NCBI GenBank assembly: GCA_012271185.1
Contig: JAAXGV010000207.1
Location: 1-39,170, forward strand
Length of the DNA: 39,170 nt
Origin: Rhodothermales bacterium
Lineage (GTDB): Bacteria > Bacteroidota > Rhodothermia > Rhodothermales > Bin80
Direction of reading: 5' to 3'
Part shown: positions 36,265-39,170 of the stretch, one piece after another
How positions within the stretch are numbered: position 1 is the stretch's first letter
How the letters are laid out: every line of letters begins with the position of its first letter
The notes under the pieces: model-generated
What the model saw: only the letters and a program-made list of their open reading frames with translations
Told to the model about the DNA's origin: nothing
The model's database searches: none
Program-made: the position numbers and the translations under genes

Positions 36265-39170
36265 CTACCGGGAAAGGATAAGAGCCTCGGAAAACACCGC
36301 GCCTCCCGCGCGCATGTGCAGGAAATACAGCCCGGCTGCAAGGCCAGGGAGCTCCAGATGCACCGTGTGTGTGCCGGCCTCCTGGGTGTGATCAGCCAAC
36401 ACCTCCACACGCTGTCCGAGTGCATTGTAGAGTTCCAGCACTATCGGCATGGCCTCCGGAAGCGAATAGCTGAACGTCGTGTGCCCGGAAAACGGCTCAG
36501 GGTAGTTGCTGAACAGCTCAAGCCCCGGGTCGGCGACAAAAGCCTCTTCACTGGTGGAGCTCTCGATGGCCACTGAGCGCACCAGCCACGACTCAGCGTC
36601 ACCGAACGTGCCACCTGTGCCAAGATCAATACGCAGCCAGACACTTGCGCCAGTATGCCTTGTCAGGTCAAACAGCGTAACCTCGTCTCGCGCCATGGCA
36701 AAAACCGGCTCGCCAGCCATCGGATGCGTCTGGGGCAGGTCATCGGATGCGTCATACCCGTCCCGGGGCGCAAGCACCTCCCAGCGGGCACCATTGTTGG
36801 CTGATACCTTGACGTTGCCGCGAGCGTCTTCAAAGCGCATGGCATGGTCCAGGCGGAGCGTGATGTCACTGGCATTGGAAGGCAGCTCCGCCGGAATCAG
36901 CACAATGCTTGATACCAGATCGTTGCTGCTGTTTGTCGCAGCGTAGCCGCCATTCTCGTCAGACGCCCACAGCCCTGTGGTGGTGGCCCGCGCAAGCACC
37001 GCAATGCGGTCTACCAGGCGCGCTTCCACCAGAAGAGGCGGAGCACCCTGCGCCGGAAACTCCAGCACGTTGCCGTCAAAGTCCTGGATATGCAGGCGGT
37101 ACCGGATCCGATCTCCCGACTGGAGCACTTCCGGTTCCTGGAACGTTCCGACAAATGTGATGATACTGGATGGATCCATCGCCAGCCGCAGCGTGCCGTG
37201 CTGGTCGGCAGTGCCGCTCCGCTCAAAGGTATAGTCTGCTGTGACAGCATCTATTCCCGTATTGTCCGTAGCGACGACACGGGCGGGCGTGGGGGCCTCA
37301 CCAGCCGGTATGGCAATAAGCGGCGCAGGCGCCCTACCCAGCAGCGCTGGGGCGGTGTCATCGGTCGGGAGCTGCTCCAGTATGCGTATACCGCCAACGA
37401 CCCAGCCCGCGTAGTCGTGCGCGGAGGTCTGTGCATTGCCTTGGCCGGTACCGGCAGTCAGGCGCAGCTGCAGGTGCGGGACATGTGGGAGGCTGAAGAG
37501 CGCCCGTCGCCAGCCGTAGCTGTAGCCCGCAAAAGCCGGCTGACCGGCCAGCGGGTTGGAATCATCCAGCATTGCCGTGTAGCCGGCCTGCGGCACGAGC
37601 ACCTGCCAGGTTGCGCCGTCATCTGTGGAGGCCCTGACATTGCCGCCGTCAAAGGCCGTGCCGCCGGGGCTGTGCACTGGTGCGGAGATACCCGAATGCT
37701 CAAAGTCGTGCCAGTGCCAGATCTCCAGAAAAGCCTCAGGGAAGTTGATCAGGTTGATCCCGGGAATCTCCAGTGCGCTGATGCTGGAGTGATCCGCATA
37801 GGGGCCGTCCGCAGTCATCAGCCACACCTGTTCGCCCGAATGTGCAACCAGGAGGCCATACGACGGCTTGGCGCGTCGCCACGCGCCATTGGCAGACAGC
37901 ACCGCACCCTCGTCTGCGTGATAAGAGGCCAGGATGCCTTTTTCAATGATGTCGACAGCGAACGCCGGCGCATCCACCGGGGGCAAGGTGCCCGTGTTCT
38001 GCGCGCCTGACGCATCAGTCGCCCATATCCGGTAGTGGACGCGGCTTTTGACCTGGAGGTCCATCGCTGGAAAGCTTCCCGTAAACAAGGCATCGTTGCC
38101 TGTCAGCGTAAATGTCTCGCCGGACAGGCGCGACCCATCCGGCAGCTCCACATCATACTCCACCCAGGCTGAGGCTACGGGCATGGCATCGGCGATGGCA
38201 GCAGAAACAAGGGGTGGCCAGTCCTCTGCTGCAATGTGCGTGAAGTACTGATGAGTGATGACGGGCGCCTCAGTGTCCTTCATCACATCAGTAGTGAACA
38301 CGGTCTGCGGCGCGTCGGCAGGAAGGTATGCGACATTCCCGTACGGGCTTTCCACCCTGAAGTAGTATGTGACCGTTTCCGCGCTCGCCGAGAGCGGGAC
38401 CGTAAAGGTGTACAGGTCGTCCCCGGTTTGCGCCATCGTGGCGATCTCCCACGTGCCGCCGTTGACGGCATAATGCACCTCGGGACTGATCGCGTCGTCG
38501 CTGCAGCTCTGGATGTGCAGCTCCACAGTGAGCGGAAAAGCGAAGTCCGGCAGCGTGGCTTCCGGCGTGTGCGAAAGCACAAAAGTGCCAGGCGTACAGG
38601 TGATGTAGCCGCGGTCCACCAGGATCGGGGCGATAGTGGACACGTGACTGCCCTGATGGAGGTCGCGGTCAGCCTGGATAATCGCCTCGGCTGCGTCAGG
38701 AAACGTGACGGGCGCATTCAGATAACGGTGCGAAGCCAGCACCAGCCTGTCTGTTACCTCCTTGCCTGCCGCGTCATAGAGGTCATGCAGGGACGTGGCC
38801 CATATGATCCCGTCACGGTAGATGTTGCAGGGCGGATTGCTGACACACGTGAAACCACTGGGGTAGGTGGCGGTGGTGCCCAGCCTTCGCCCGGGCCATG
38901 TTTCATTGCCGTCCCAGGCAAACACTTTTTCCCAGTCGCCCGCAGGGATGGTACCATCGTCCATGAGCCCCCGCGTATAGGTGCTGGCCCAGTAGTCTGA
39001 AAATCCCTCGTGCAGGGCGCCGCCTTCCCCGGTATTGAAAAGGTGCGGTGTGGTGCCTTCAAGCAGCGCATGGCCGTACTCGTGCCAGATCACTTCCGCA
39101 TCTTCTCCATCGTCAATACCGCCATCACCAAAAGAGACGGCGTTCAGATGGGGGTAATAGGCTGAGTTGT
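36265..39170 (-). CDS. Secreted M36/M4-type zinc metalloprotease with accessory beta-domains and T9SS C-terminal sorting domain (5' end outside window)
   Basis: Frame is open to the window edge (NSAYYPHLNAVSFGDGGIDDGEDAEVIWHEYGH). GALHEGFSDY provides the third ligand; C-terminal NYPEPFS...YNALGQRV...LAAGLYF matches a T9SS type A domain. Confidence 0.88.
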   Translation of the reverse strand, partial: NSAYYPHLNAVSFGDGGIDDGEDAEVIWHEYGHALLEGTTPHLFNTGEGGALHEGFSDYWASTYTRGLMDDGTIPAGDWEKVFAWDGNETWPGRRLGTTATYPSGFTCVSNPPCNIYRDGIIWATSLHDLYDAAGKEVTDRLVLASHRYLNAPVTFPDAAEAIIQADRDLHQGSHVSTIAPILVDRGYITCTPGTFVLSHTPEATLPDFAFPLTVELHIQSCSDDAISPEVHYAVNGGTWEIATMAQTGDDLYTFTVPLSASAETVTYYFRVESPYGNVAYLPADAPQTVFTTDVMKDTEAPVITHQYFTHIAAEDWPPLVSAAIADAMPVASAWVEYDVELPDGSRLSGETFTLTGNDALFTGSFPAMDLQVKSRVHYRIWATDASGAQNTGTLPPVDAPAFAVDIIEKGILASYHADEGAVLSANGAWRRAKPSYGLLVAHSGEQVWLMTADGPYADHSSISALEIPGINLINFPEAFLEIWHWHDFEHSGISAPVHSPGGTAFDGGNVRASTDDGATWQVLVPQAGYTAMLDDSNPLAGQPAFAGYSYGWRRALFSLPHVPHLQLRLTAGTGQGNAQTSAHDYAGWVVGGIRILEQLPTDDTAPALLGRAPAPLIAIPAGEAPTPARVVATDNTGIDAVTADYTFERSGTADQHGTLRLAMDPSSIITFVGTFQEPEVLQSGDRIRYRLHIQDFDGNVLEFPAQGAPPLLVEARLVDRIAVLARATTTGLWASDENGGYAATNSSNDLVSSIVLIPAELPSNASDITLRLDHAMRFEDARGNVKVSANNGARWEVLAPRDGYDASDDLPQTHPMAGEPVFAMARDEVTLFDLTRHTGASVWLRIDLGTGGTFGDAESWLVRSVAIESSTSEEAFVADPGLELFSNYPEPFSGHTTFSYSLPEAMPIVLELYNALGQRVEVLADHTQEAGTHTVHLELPGLAAGLYFLHMRAGGAVFSEALILSR

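Overview
The window has two parts. Bases ~1-20000 are an accessory block with every gene on the minus strand. In transcription order it holds a PD-(D/E)xK (HsdR_N-like) nuclease gene; three ~590-bp tandem units, each a decayed 5' fragment of a paralogue of that nuclease with an intact small membrane/coiled-coil ORF inserted near the active-site codons; a DISARM-related four-gene operon (SNF2 helicase, N6-adenine methyltransferase, giant YprA/DUF1998 helicase-nuclease, RelE-like/UvrD helicase); and VirB2/VirB3-like pilus genes at the left edge. Three of the four operon genes carry point lesions: an in-frame TGA at a probable Trp codon and three frameshifts. Bases ~20200-39170 look like core genome: ferredoxin-NADP reductase, a DUF58/BatA-vWA/DUF4175-like/GATase-like operon with no adjacent MoxR, a YVTN propeller, NUDIX, rnd, ferredoxin, ahcY and a partial M36/M4-type metalloprotease. 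The protease has a T9SS sorting domain, which points to an FCB-group host such as Rhodothermota or Bacteroidota. All calls come from motif recognition by eye; no searches were run.
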